A stretch of 64,000 nt of DNA from NCBI RefSeq assembly GCF_009834535.1, contig NC_045697.1, forward strand, positions 79,362,001 through 79,426,000. The letters run 5' to 3'. How positions within the stretch are numbered: position 1 is the first letter of the stretch; each line of letters opens with the position of its first letter. Positions 11,670 through 23,472 of this stretch are shown here, piece by piece. A model generated the notes under the pieces. It did no database searches, was not told where the DNA came from, and worked only from the letters and a program-made list of their open reading frames with translations. The position numbers and the translations under genes were made by a program. The DNA comes from Camelus ferus. Its lineage: Eukaryota.

Positions 11670-12680
11670 CATATGATAGAATATTACTCAGCATTAAAAG
11701 GAATGAACTGCTGATACATGTAATAACATGGAGACAACCCTAAATGTGCTGAGTAAAATAGTAGACACTGTATGATTTGATTTACATGAAATTTTAGGGC
11801 AGGTGATACTGATCTATAGTGACAGAGTAGATTATTGGTTACCTTGGGTGGAGGAGGGATTGATTGAATTCATGGGAGTTTTGCATGTTAGAAAAATCAT
11901 TCTGGTGGGAAGAGTGACTGGAGACAGTGACTTGCAGGGCTTATTAAGGACATAACTTCTGGGCCTGAGGGACCTGTGAGATCAGTTATCATAAATGTGT
12001 TGTGGCACCCATCTGCACATTAGTCTAATTTTCTCTAGAGCACCCAGCAGCCCAAGTGTAAGAAAATGGGAAAGGATGTTTGGACTGATCCATGGTTAGA
12101 ATTTTATCAGCTGGAAAAACCTGCAGCAAAGAGGCAGTGCATGGAGGCAGCTGAGTAGTTAAACTTGATGGTGTCTGGACAGTCAGGAAAAAATAAAGGG
12201 AGACTGGTGGGTTAACAAAACAGTAAGGAGACGGAAAGTGAGGGATCATGATGGAGCTGGAACGTATGTGCTGGAGAAGTGAGGGAGAGGCTATGGTCTG
12301 TGGTATGTTGGGGTAATTTATGGTGATGACAAATCCTAGGCAATTTTTTAAAAGTGTGGACAACGTCGAAGGAACCCTAAGATATGCTATTCAATGAAAA
12401 AGACAAGGTACAGGAAGATGTGTATAGTGGGCTATTGTGTAAGAGAGGAGACCATTTATATGTATGTACTTGCATGTTAGTGAACTATTTCTGGAAGGAA
12501 ATACAAGAACCTATAATATCAGTTGACTCTGGGGAGAAAAACTAGGTAACTAGGGGACAAGCAGGGAGGGACACTTCACTCTCTTCCCTTTTGTTCCTCT
12601 TGAATATTGACCCCTGTGTATGTTATTGCCTATTCAAAAATATATAAATAAAATTAAACAAAAAACAAGGAAAAAGGAAG
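11670..12680 (+). mobile_element. Degraded old L1 (L1M/ME-like) fragments
   Basis: gaatattactcagcattaaaaggaatgaactgctgatacatg, and a second 3'-end-like block at ~12390-12670. Confidence 0.5.
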
Positions 12681-12808
12681 TAAATGGTATAATGAATAAA
12701 AACAGAACACAAAATGAGCTATTCATGCTCCACTTATAAAGGTAGGCTTCAAGCGTATATATGTTTAGGCACATGTGAACCAATACTGGATGGCAAGAGA
12801 AACAAGCC

Positions 12809-12812
12809 GTGT

Positions 12813-12866
<54 letters not shown>
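12809..12866. repeat. (GT)n microsatellite
   Basis: About 29 GT units with one interruption. Confidence 0.95.
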
Positions 12867-12869
<3 letters not shown>

Positions 12870-14999
12870 AATACAGAAGAAAATGCTTAGAAGGCAATCA
12901 AAAAAAGAGAAAGAAAAGCAGATTACCAGACATTGTACATGATATTATCCAGTGGTTACACACTGAGCACCTGCTGTGATGGTGCTGGTCTTGAATTATC
13001 AGTGCAAAATATAATTCTGGAGAGCCATTGGCAATAACGTTGTATGTGTGGCTCTTACACAGTATGTTCTCTGTTTTGTCCTTGGTTCTTCATGTTCAGT
13101 CAGCTTGCTTATAGAGTGCGCCAGCACATAAAGCAAGTCTCATGCAACGTCTTACACTTTGCCTGATGCCCTGATCCTGTACTCATGTGATGTCACCACG
13201 TGGATTGGGAAGTTTATCATTTTCCATTCCAAACACTGTGATACCTAGAAGAAGTCACAGGACAGTAGGAGATGTCACCTGATTTTACAGACACACACAC
13301 ACACACACCCATCTGTGGCAGGAGACCTAGGATCTTTTCATGCCTCAGAATTTGTCAGCCAAGTGTCTACCCCCATGCATATCCATCCCTCTTTTTCTTC
13401 TCACTGCTTTACCTGGTCCTTAGAAATCTGGCCTCTACCTCAGAACCCAGAGCCTAAAAGCCTGACACTGACTCTAGCGGTAAGGAGCCTGAGGATGTAG
13501 GGGACAAGGCATCTGAGCTCCCAGCACATCATGGCCATGTTAGTTCTTGGTTTATTTAGAAGCATTCATTCCACGAGAATGGCCAGAGAAGCCTGATTTT
13601 CTTATCTCAAGAATTCCCCCGGATTTCTCCATCAGGGAGAGCTTTGTCTTGCCCCCATATAGGGGTAGAGCGATATGTAACTAGTTCACCTATACTGCAT
13701 GCCTGAGGTGGCAAGTAAAACAAGGTGCACATATCTGTTCCAGAATGAAACAAGCTGCTCTCCTTTAACATAGAGCCACCCACAGTGTAGATGCTCAGTG
13801 AATGCACTGACTTCAGTTGACCCAAAGAATCAGTTCTATTCCAAGAAGCCACAAATCCATCATAATTCAACCAATAAAATCGACATACTTGAAGTTTTTA
13901 TTTTAAAAGAAGCAATAAGTACCTTAGGAAGTCTTCTCTACTAATTCTTTAACCTGAAAGCTGACTGTTCCCTGATTTTTTTCACACACACACTTTTATT
14001 TACTATATTATCAACTCCAGATTTGCCCAATTAGAAAGTAGAATAGTAAGGGATATCGATAATTAAGAGACTAACAGAAGACTTTAAAAAATCAACCTAA
14101 CTAGTGTTTCAGGATGAAAGGAACTCAGAAGTTTGCAGAGATATTTGGATTGTATTTTTCCTTTACTTTATAATCAAGTCATGCTACTATATAAACCAAA
14201 AACACAACTTGAATTAAACATACGTTTCACTCATGACTAATTACAAAGCAGGCATTTCAAATCAGTGTTGAGCTAATGTTTTTAGAACAATTATTTAATT
14301 TTCAGGGCCCAATATCTGTCGAGTAAATCACCAATTTCCATTTCATTCTTATTTAATATAAAAAAATCAAATTAGTATAAAGCTATTTCACAGCTGTCTT
14401 TAAATTAAACCACAGTCAAGAGTGTGCAGCATTTGGGGCTTGTTTTGGCATCTCCAAGTCAAACATTCTTTTTGTCCAAATATTAAAGAACAATACCATA
14501 GTTATGTTTTATTTTGAAGTTTTAAGGTGGGCTTCATAAACTCAGATTTTAACTTGTGATTTTTCACAAGTAACCTAAATATTGAAATGCATGTTTCTAA
14601 GGACAGGGGTTGGCTGCAGAGTGGAGAAGAATAGGAAACATAATTATTAGCTTTTAACCAACTTTTGATAAGAAGAAAAGAATCACTAGCTCAACTGTTT
14701 CTACATTTTTATTAATAATCCATTTTTCTTCATTAAATCCAAACGCATCTTCTCATAGCAAATGTAGAGCTTCAAGACCTTCAAAGAAAAGTTAATAATC
14801 CCATTTTTTAGCAAAATTTATTTACCAGGAAGGTATAGATTGTTCAAACAAATTATTAATGAAATGTTACATAATAAATGAGCCAAGTTAAATTAGCAGG
14901 AAATGAGTCTGGTTGGTTGGGTCAAAGAGGACTGTAAAATGTTTGGTTTCTGTGTCTTTGACGGTTTGCTGAAGTGATGTGAGGTGTCATGCAGGCAGT

Positions 15000-15190
15000 G
15001 CAGTGCCGCAGAGGAGCCTCAGCTGGGTTAGTCTGGGTTCCAGCCCTGCCTCTGACTAGTTATGGTAGATTAGCTGGGTTACTTCAATTCCTCTGACCTT
15101 TGGCTTCATCATTTATAAAATGGGGAAAATACCTATTCTTCTCCCTAGAAGTCAATGTGATGTTTGTGAAGGAATCGGAAAATACCTAAC
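15000..15190 (+). mobile_element. MIR SINE fragment
   Basis: ctgggttccagccctgcctctgac...ttacttcaattcctctgacctttggcttcatcatttataaaatgggg MIR core. Confidence 0.65.
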
Positions 15191-15586
15191 ACACATATCC
15201 TGTGTAAAGTAAAAGCAACTGAGTGTATTAAAGCCTAGAAATTTCATTCTGCTTTATTATGTGATGCATAAACTACTAGACCTTTTTTGTAATAAAAATC
15301 TAGAGAACATTCTTATATAATTCTGTCACTCACTGAACACAAGATGGGAAATGTTGTTTTAATCTGATTATTAGCTATAGATATATGATGGCTCTAGCTG
15401 TAAAACTGGCCTATTATTTTAAGTGTATTGTAAAATTATAAGAAATTTTAATATTTGATGTTTATTGAATGGGTTACTCCTTAAATTCAACTTGTGTCTA
15501 TCAAATACCTTTGAATTTGAAATGAAAAAGATAAAGCAAGCATTAGCCTGGGTTTTGGAGATTTTTCTATGTCAATTATTGTTATG

Positions 15587-16099
15587 GGAGTTCTGGTCAA
15601 GATGGCAAAGGAGTAGGACCACGTGCTCGCCTCCTCTCACGAACACAGCAGAACCACAGCTGACGGCTGAGCAACCATTGATAAAAACGACTGGAACCTA
15701 CCAATGAAGATCTTCTTCAACTGGAGACATAAGGAGGGAACCACAGCTGGATGATAGGAGGGGAGTGCTCGTGATATGATCAGGTCCCATACCAACCCAC
15801 AGGCTGGAGAATAATTACTTTTCAGAGATTCAGCCACAGGAGTGAGAGTTCTGAGCCCCAGGTCAGGCTCGCCAGCCTGGGGTCCGGCATCAGGAGGAGG
15901 AACTCCCAGAGCATTTGGCTTTGAAGGCCAGTGGGGAAGCAGAGACCTTGCTGGTAAGGAGCGCACACAGAGCTCCACAGGACCGGGGGAAGCAGAGACC
16001 TTGCTGGTAAGGAGCGCACACAGAGTCTCACGTGCACTGGGGCCAAGGGTGGGAGTAGTGATTTCATAGGAGCCTGGGCCAGACCTGCCTGCTGGTCTT
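15587..16099 (+). mobile_element. Solo L1 5'UTR fragment (3'-truncated)
   Basis: Starts with the CAAGATGGC (YY1-type) L1 start motif. Homologous to the reverse complement of ~18918-19510. Confidence 0.75.
15933..16025 (+). repeat. Perfect 40-bp direct repeat (15933-15972, 15986-16025)
   Basis: ggggaagcagagaccttgctggtaaggagcgcacacagag occurs twice with a 13-bp spacer. Confidence 0.95.
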
Positions 16100-16367
16100 C
16101 ACTCATTTCTTCTCCCCAAGGCTGTTACAACAGAAATGGAACAAGGGACAGTTACTGCTCACTTCTTATTTCCTTCAAAGACTAAGAGGAGCCAGGGAAT
16201 GTAGTTTCTTAAAAGATTAATTTAATAAATCAAAACAGTCTTCTGATTTGGTGGTACTGACCATTGTACAGTTGTTTTTGGCTCATGATCTATTTTGAGC
16301 AAAAATATAGTGTCTGAACCCTGTATATTAGTATGAACTTTATTTCTATTTTCAAGAAGAAAAAGGC

Positions 16368-16554
16368 TGGGGGGAGGGTATAGCTCGGTGGTAGAGTGCT
16401 TCCCTAGCAAGCACAAGGTCCTCGGTTCAATCCCCAGAACCTCCCCAGAACCTCTGTTAAAAAAAATAATAATAAAACCTAATTACCACCAACCTCCCCC
16501 CAAAAAGTATACAATGTTATATGTCAACTATGTCTCAATAAAACTTTAAAAAAT
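16368..16554 (+). mobile_element. tRNA-derived camelid-type SINE with appended L1 3' tail
   Basis: A box TAGCTCGGTGG, B box GGTTCAATCC. TSD aagaagRaaaaggc at 16354-16367 and 16555-16568. Confidence 0.85.
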
Positions 16555-16597
16555 AAGAAGGAAAAGGCCGTAACAATATTTTTTTTAACTTTAGCAT

Positions 16598-16675
16598 TTC
16601 TTTCTTTTTTTTCTTTTTTGAAGTGTAGTTGATTTACAACGTTAGTCTTAGGCATACATCAAAGTGATTCAGTTT

Positions 16676-16709
<34 letters not shown>

Positions 16710-19512
16710 TACACACACATCTCTTCAGATTCTTTTCCATTATAGCTCATTACAAGAACCTGAATATAGTTCCCTGTGCTATACAGTAGGTCCTTCTTGT
16801 TTATCTAATTTGTATATAGTAGAATGTGTCTGTTAATCCCACGTTCTGAATTTATCCCTCCCACCCTCCATCCCCTTTGGTAACTATAGTCATTACATAA
16901 TTTTTTTTTTTCTGGTTTTGGCCTTTTCTTTTTTACCTAGAGAAGTTCCTTTAACATTTGTTGTAAAGCTGGTTTGGTGGTGCTGATTTTCTTTAGCTTT
17001 TGCTTGTCTGTAAAACTTTTTTGATTTCTCCGTTAAATCTAAGTGAGAGCCTTGCTAGGTTGAGTATTCTTGGTTGTAGGTTTTTCCCTTCCATCACTTT
17101 AAATATATCGTGCCCCTCCCTTCTGGCCTGTAGAGTTTCTGCTGAATAATCAGCTGATAGCCTTATGAGAGTTCCCTATATGTTATTTGTTGCTTTTCCC
17201 TTGCTGCTTTTAGTATTCTCTTTATCTTTAATTTTTGTCATTTGATTGCATTGTGTCTTGGTATGTTCCTTTGGATTAATACTGTATGGGACTGTCTGTG
17301 CTTCCTGGACTTGGGGGACTATTTCCTTTCCTCTGTTAGGTTTTCATCTGTTATCTCTTCAAATATTTTCTCAGGCCCTTTCGCTCTCTCTTCTGCTTTT
17401 AGGACCCATATAATGTGAATATTAGTGTACTAGATATTGTCCCAGAGGTCTCTTAAATCGTCTTCATTTCTTTTCATTCTTTTTTTCCCTTTTTTCTGTT
17501 CAGTGGCCGTGATTTCCTCCGCTCTGTCTTCCAGCTCAGTGATATGTTCTTCTGAATCATTTAGTCTGCTATTGATTCCTTCTAGTGTATTTTTCATTTT
17601 AGTTATTGTATTCTTCATCTCTGTTTGGTAGTTCTTTATATTTTCTAACTCTGTTGAAAATTTTAACTTCTTGCTCTGTGCATCCATTCACCTCTTGTGT
17701 TCTTTGATCATCTTTATTAATCATTACTCTGAATTCTTTCTTGGGTAGATTGCCTGTCTCCACTTAACTTAGTTCTTATTCTTGGGTTTTGTCTTGCTCC
17801 TTTGTCTGGAACATATTCCTCTGCCACCTCATTTTGTCTAAGTTGCTATTTGTATTTCTATGTATGTGGTAGGTTAGTTGTTTCTTGGGCTTGAAGAAGT
17901 GGTGCTCTGTAGGAGTCACCCTATGCATCCCAGCTATGTACTCCTCCCTCATCACCCAAGCTGTATGCTCTAGGCGTTCCCCTTAGTGGGCCTGCATGGG
18001 TCCTTCTGTTGAGGTGGGCTGACTGTGTGGGTGGTCTGGTTGGCTTGATTGGACCCTAGTCTTGTTGATCTGTGGGTGGTCTGCCTTGCAGATGCTGCTG
18101 GTTATTGTTTAGTGGTGCCTGGTTACAAGGTGGTTGGTTGCTGAATCCTTGGGGATCCCAGGGCTAGTGCTGGCTCACTGGTGGGCAGAGTCAGGGTCCT
18201 GAAGACTCTGGGGCTGTTGCCCACCCACTGGCAGGTGAAGCCAGATTCTGGGATTAATGCCCATCTAACGGCAGACAGAGCTGGTTCCTGGAGTCTGGCT
18301 GCAGGGACCAGGAATCCTAGAGCTTGTTTCAGATTATTGGTGGGGATGGGGCCGGGGAGGAGGGGTTGGTTGCTGACAGTTGGACTGGGGTCTGGGGTGT
18401 CCCAGAGGTTGCATTGGCCTGCTAATGGGCAGGGTCAGGGCCTGGCTGGTCCCAGAGTAGGATCTGGCCTGTATTGTGGGATCCTGCTTTTCTTGCTTCT
18501 GGTGTCTGCACCCTGGTAGATGAGGCTTATCTGGAGGTTTGTGTAGGCTTCCTGGTGGGAGGGGCCGGTGCCTGCCCACTGGTGGGTGGAGCTGGGTCTT
18601 GGCCCTCAGGTGGGTTGGGCCATGTCTAGGGGCAAGTTCAGAGGTGGCTGTGGGCTCTTAAGTCTTTAGGCAGCATGTCTGCTGATGGGTGGGTCTGTGT
18701 CCCCACCCAGTTGGATGTTTGGCCTGAGCTGTCCCATCACTTGTGTTTGCAGGCTGTTGGGTGGTGCTTTGTTCATGCTCATGAGCTAAGATGTTAGCCA
18801 CCAGCTTCAGCAGTGTTCATGGCTAAATGTTCCACCAGTCCATCTGCCACCAGTGCCTGTGTCCCAGGATGAGCTGAAGCCCCCCTCCCCCCGCCCCGCC
18901 TCTCCAGGAGACTCTCCAAGACCAGCAGGTGGGTCTGGCCCAGCTCCTATCAAATTACTGCTTTGCCCCAGGTCCTGATGTGCATGAGACTTTGTGCCCT
19001 TTAAGAGTGAGTTCTCAACAACAAAAATAGATAGGTGTAGAGTTTATGACTATAGAATCATGAAGTCTTGTGGTTGGAAGGGCTAAAACAACAACAAACA
19101 AACAGTGAGTTCTCCATTCCCCCCAGTCCTGTGGAACTCTCGCAGTTTAGCCCTGCTGGCCTTCAAAGCCAAATGCTCTAGGAGCTTGTCTTACCACTGC
19201 TGGGCCCTGGGGCTGGGAAGCTCAGAACTCTTTCTCACGTGGGGGGACCTCTGCAGGTTCTCCCATATAATTATATAATTATTCTCCAGTCTGTGGGTCG
19301 CCCACCCAGGAGGGTGTTGAGTTTGATTATATCCAAGTCTGCCCCTCCTACCTGTCTTGTGGCTCCTTTTTTATGTCTTTCATGGTGGAAGACCTCTTCT
19401 GGTAGGTTCCAGTCTTTCTCATTGATAGTTGTTCGGCAGATAGTGGTGATTTTAGTGTGCTCATGAGAAGTGAGCTCAGGGTCTTTCTACTCTGCCATCT
19501 TGGCCCTTCCCT
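16598..19512 (-). mobile_element. L1-derived element: 5'UTR, decayed ORF1, 3'UTR/poly-A, no ORF2 (HAL1-like)
   Basis: CAAGATGGC start near 19503. ORF1p coiled-coil peptide at 17430-17687 (MKNTLEGINSRL...LRDLWDNI). ORF1 end KPALQQMLKELL* with stop at 16937-16939. L1 3'UTR at ~16620-16890 and T-rich tail on the plus strand. Confidence 0.8.
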
Positions 19513-19799
19513 CAAGGTAAGTATTTGACACTTACAGCTGACCTGTTATCAGAAGTTGGAAGAGTCATGAGCTGCAGGGATGACAGAACTGGACTGAAAG
19601 CATGTTTGGTGGACTACCTCTGTAATGCCATTAGAAATGGGCAGGCATGCCCACCTGAAAATAAAAAGACCCTTTGCTTTCCTTTATGATGTTTTCTGGA
19701 TCAAAAATACAAGATCTATACTGACTAGGAAATGGAGCAGCCATATTTCTGAAGTGCCTTTTTCAGTGATAGCTAGGATGGAGGCTGGGCTCACTCTCT

Positions 19800-19987
19800 A
19801 CAGTGGAATATTTGGCAATGACTGGAGACAGCTGTAGCTGTCACAGCTTGAGGGGAAGGGGCAACTGGCTTCTAGTGGGCAGAGGCCAGGGAGGCTGCCA
19901 AACATCCTGTCAGGCACAGAACAGCCCCCTGCAACAAAGAATTATCTGGCTCAAAATGTCAAGAATGCTGAAGTCGAGAAATCCTGC
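19800..19987 (+). mobile_element. MER20 (hAT-Charlie) DNA transposon
   Basis: atttggcaatgactggagaca...tctagtgggcagaggccaggga...aaagaattatctggctcaaaatgtca...gagaaatcctg matches the recalled MER20 consensus. Confidence 0.85.
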
Positions 19988-21169
19988 TCAACACCATCTA
20001 GACCTCTTCCTACATCATTGCAGAAATCAGAATTCCTTAAAAACTGAGAAAATGAGAGGCAGAGGGGATGGAGGAACTAATGATAGTGTGAGCACTGGTG
20101 CGGAAGACTGTATTAGAGCGGTTTTAGATGAAAACCAGTAGGAGTCAGACCAGGAGCAAAATCAGTCTGCCATCCAGATGTAGATCTGAGATGGAAATTC
20201 AGCTGTCATCCAAACAAACAGGAAGTGAAGCTGAGGGCAATTCCCATTGAGTTTAGATAGCTCTCATATGTAACAAACATATCCTTAGATCTGTAAAGCC
20301 TCAAAAAGATGTATCACCTATACACTCTCTTTGGAAAGAGTTACTTGAGACCTAGCTCCAGCTGGCCAAGAACATATTGATTCAAGAAATGAAAAATGGG
20401 GGAAATTTGGGCAGCAGCAGTGATGAGTCCAGTTGAAATATGTGTTGTCAGATTGTACAGCTCAGGGGTAAAGCATGGCTCTCTAGTGCTGCCTTCAGCT
20501 GTGTCTCACTCAGTGTGAGGACTGTTGGGAGTCACATCTCCCTCGTCACAGTTTAGATGAATGCTTAAAAGAGCACCTGCTGTTGCAATCATGAACACAT
20601 TTTGGACAAGGCTCAGAGAATTACAAGTTTTGTCTGTTTGTTAGATTTATTTTTCTCCCAAACAAAAGCAGAGTTTTTCTCAGTTTTTAAGTTTCATAAA
20701 GGTAGACTGGTCATTTTTTACAGTAATTCAAATAAGCCGTTTGCTGCATCTTTCAAATGAATATTAACTTGGGTCACAGAGATTTTTTTTTTAACTGGTA
20801 AAAACATAAATTCATTGATAGTAGTTATAATCAAGCCCTTGTCATTTCCCTATGTAGAATGAGTAAATGTTCCTTTGTTAATAATGTCGAAAAATCACAC
20901 AACAAATGGTTTAACTAATTTACATATATAGGTATAGAATATAAGCATAGGAAAAAGACTGAAGCAATATGTTAGCAAAGATTATCTCTGGGTAGTGAAT
21001 CTCATGTGCTTTTTATTCTCTATTGTATACTCTTCTATATTTTGCAAATTTTCTATAAGGAGAACGTATTCTTTTTATAATATTTTAAAATCTATTGTAT
21101 ACTATATATACCAATAGCTACTGTGCAAATAAATGCACAGGAAAAAGATGAGAAGGAAATGAGGTAGTC

Positions 21170-21270
21170 CATCATCCATCCATTCATTCATCCAACAGAC
21201 ATTTATTCAGCACCTGCTAGATCAGGTCTGGTCTGGTACTGGCCATGGCCCCATGTTGAGTACAACTATC
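21170..21270 (-). mobile_element. L2 3' terminal fragment
   Basis: cattcattcatccaacagacatttattcagcacctgct motif. Confidence 0.6.
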
Positions 21271-21325
21271 TCCAGGAATGAATTTTTAGTTCATTTCTCG
21301 TCTTTCTTTTGTACTTCTTAAAGGC

Positions 21326-21658
21326 TTTATTGTGAATGTTTTTACTTATGACAGGGCATTGTATTTATTTTTAAAAGATTCTGACAGAGCTGTAGTTTAG
21401 AAAGGAGTGTGTTGGTGTAACTGTGTAGACACGTTCTAATAGATGGGCTTTTGAGATAATCACTTATTTTTGAAGTAACACTGGTATTCCCCTTAAAGGC
21501 TTTCCCCTGCTCCTTATAAAATTCATTTCTTTAGCAAACAGAAGTCATAATTTTTTAGAAAAAATTTATTAGTAAGACTTTTACATTATCAACAAACATC
21601 TTAATAAACGTAATTAAGTTTTTGAAGAGCAAATTTTTTATATGTGTATAATTTTATT
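21326..21658 (-). terminator. ZGRF1: Candidate ZGRF1 polyadenylation signals (AATAAA at 21653-21658, 21565-21570, 21364-21369, 21326-21331)
   Basis: Four AATAAA hexamers on the minus strand within ~430 nt downstream of the stop codon. Which is used cannot be determined here. Confidence 0.55.
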
Positions 21659-21752
21659 TAAATATTGTACTTTTTTAATAATAAGGGTTTTCAGGTAATA
21701 AAAATATGAAAATGTATAGTGTAAAATGAATGTGAATTTATATAAATACAAA

Positions 21753-21898
21753 CTATACCACGTCTTTTTGTGAATGAGATTTATCTTTTTCACTCTTTTT
21801 CTTCTGTTTTTCTTCTGCTTGTTTTTCAAAATAATCTTTAAGCAGATGGTTCAGCTGTGGTTCATACTGGCTTGCATGCTGCAATCCGTCTTCCCTCC
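21753..21898 (-). CDS. ZGRF1: ZGRF1 last coding exon (28): GREDGLQHASQYEPQLNHLLKDYFEKQ...SHSQKDVV*
   Basis: AG at 21900-21899, phase 1 entry, TAG at 21755-21753; 146 nt. Confidence 0.92.
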
Positions 21899-22073
21899 CT
21901 TAGAAAGACAGGAAACATGAGACAACTATGTTCTACAGTGGGCTCCATGTCAGCATTGCAGTCACCTCCCACAGTGGCAAATTCAGAGCTGTTTCTTCCT
22001 GAACCACCCCAAGCACTAACCCAAAAGTCAGTTTTAATTCAAAATGCTTGAATTAAACACATTTTTATTTTAC

Positions 22074-22335
22074 CTTCACAGTGTTGAATCACAAGGCCCC
22101 ATAGTCGATTTTTCCTCAAACAGGCTAGATTTCCCACAATCAACAAATGCCTTCTTCCTCTGGTCAATGCAACATTCATTCTTTTTTCTGAGTCAATAAA
22201 CCCTACTTGTCTTGTCCTTACGCAGGACAGAATAACGATCTCCTTTTCAGCTCCCTGAAAAGCATCTACTGTGGACACTTGCACAGCTTTCATGTTAGGA
22301 TGGTCAAAGTCCGTGGCACTGAGTAAATGACAAAG
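22074..22335 (-). CDS. ZGRF1: ZGRF1 exon 27: helicase motifs V (STVDAFQGAEKE) and VI (RMNVALTRGR)
   Basis: AG/GT flanks, 262 nt, phase 0 to 1; UPF1/SF1B signature. Confidence 0.96.
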
Positions 22336-23026
22336 CTATGGAGGAAAGAAGACAAGGACCATGCAGTGCACAGATCATAAAGAACCTGGGCCTCTCAACG
22401 TGCCCACAGTAGCCACTGTAATTTAACAAATAGCGGATAATTTCATTGTCACAGAGATTTGGCTAGTTTCTAAAATGATAGGTAAATAACCTGATGATAA
22501 TATAAATTATGGAACAAAAATCAAGGTGATGTGTTATCTATTGCTGGGAAACTCATTTGGATATGCTAATTTAGAGTTGACTAATAATGAAACATGAAAA
22601 ATAGTAAAAATAAATATAAATAAAAACTAGTTAGAAGTAATTGGCTTGTGTGTACATTAATATCTGGTATCTATCTTTGATTTAGTGATAAAATACAATA
22701 ATAATGAAAGAACATTTCAGAAAACAGAGATTCAATCCCATCTGTCCCAAAACACAAAGCATACACCATATTTCCTTCCCTCTAATTTGTTTATTTGCAT
22801 TTTTGCCCCAACAGCTGTAAACTGAATTTAATTAAACCTTGTTAGGTTTACATTTAATTATACAGAAAAAAAGCCAGACCAGACAAAAACCTGAATGCTT
22901 TTTTAATAATTAACTACATTCCCCAAAGTTTTTCAAGCACCAAACCAAACTACTACAAATGTAATATCAAGTATTGTAATATAAGATTATATTTAATATA
23001 GGGTAAATATAATATGTAATACAAAC

Positions 23027-23161
23027 CTTGTACATCTGGGATCTGTATAATGTTATCACTCCAATCATAGAGCCTGCTATTCCACTTGCAACCAGTGATT
23101 GAATCAGCTTGAGTGTAAAAGCAGCTTCTGCCACATTATGAAAGCTGTTATCTCTTTCAAT
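23027..23161 (-). CDS. ZGRF1: ZGRF1 exon 26: IERDNSFHNVAEA...IGVITLYRSQMYK
   Basis: AG/GT flanks, 135 nt, phase 0 to 0; SF1B helicase 'IGVIT.Y..Q' motif. Confidence 0.95.
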
Positions 23162-23295
23162 CTGGAATAAGAAACAGATCCTAAATTATATTTCCCAGAA
23201 AGGCTATGGAAAGACCAAGAAAATCACACAAATAATAACAAAATTAAACCAGGAAACTAAACTGTGTTGACTCTCATCACCATTAATGTCATTAC

Positions 23296-23472
23296 CTGCT
23301 CCAGTCCTTGAACGTTATAGAAGCACAGGGTTGGTAGCCATTCCAGTAAAGGGCTCCTCTCTGTTTCTGAAACACCATTCACGAGGCTTCCTTCGTAAAA
23401 CAGATCATTAGCAACAGCACTGATTATAGGGTGACAACGGTACTGGGTTCTCAATAGAACTGGCTTGTGACC
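23296..23472 (-). CDS. ZGRF1: ZGRF1 exon 25: GHKPVLLRTQYRCHP...
   Basis: AG/GT flanks, 177 nt; helicase 'L..QYR.HP' motif. Confidence 0.96.

Noticed and set aside
13140..13760. Possible LTR-like element
   Set aside because: Composition is suggestive, but I could not define termini or a family with confidence.
15933..16025. Repeat-spacer-repeat resembling a CRISPR unit
   Set aside because: Only two copies, a 13-bp spacer, inside a mammalian L1 5'UTR, and no cas genes.
16370..16445. tRNA-like sequences (also at 34386, 48537 and 63855)
   Set aside because: They have A-rich tails, TSDs and mutual divergence, so they are SINEs rather than tRNA genes.
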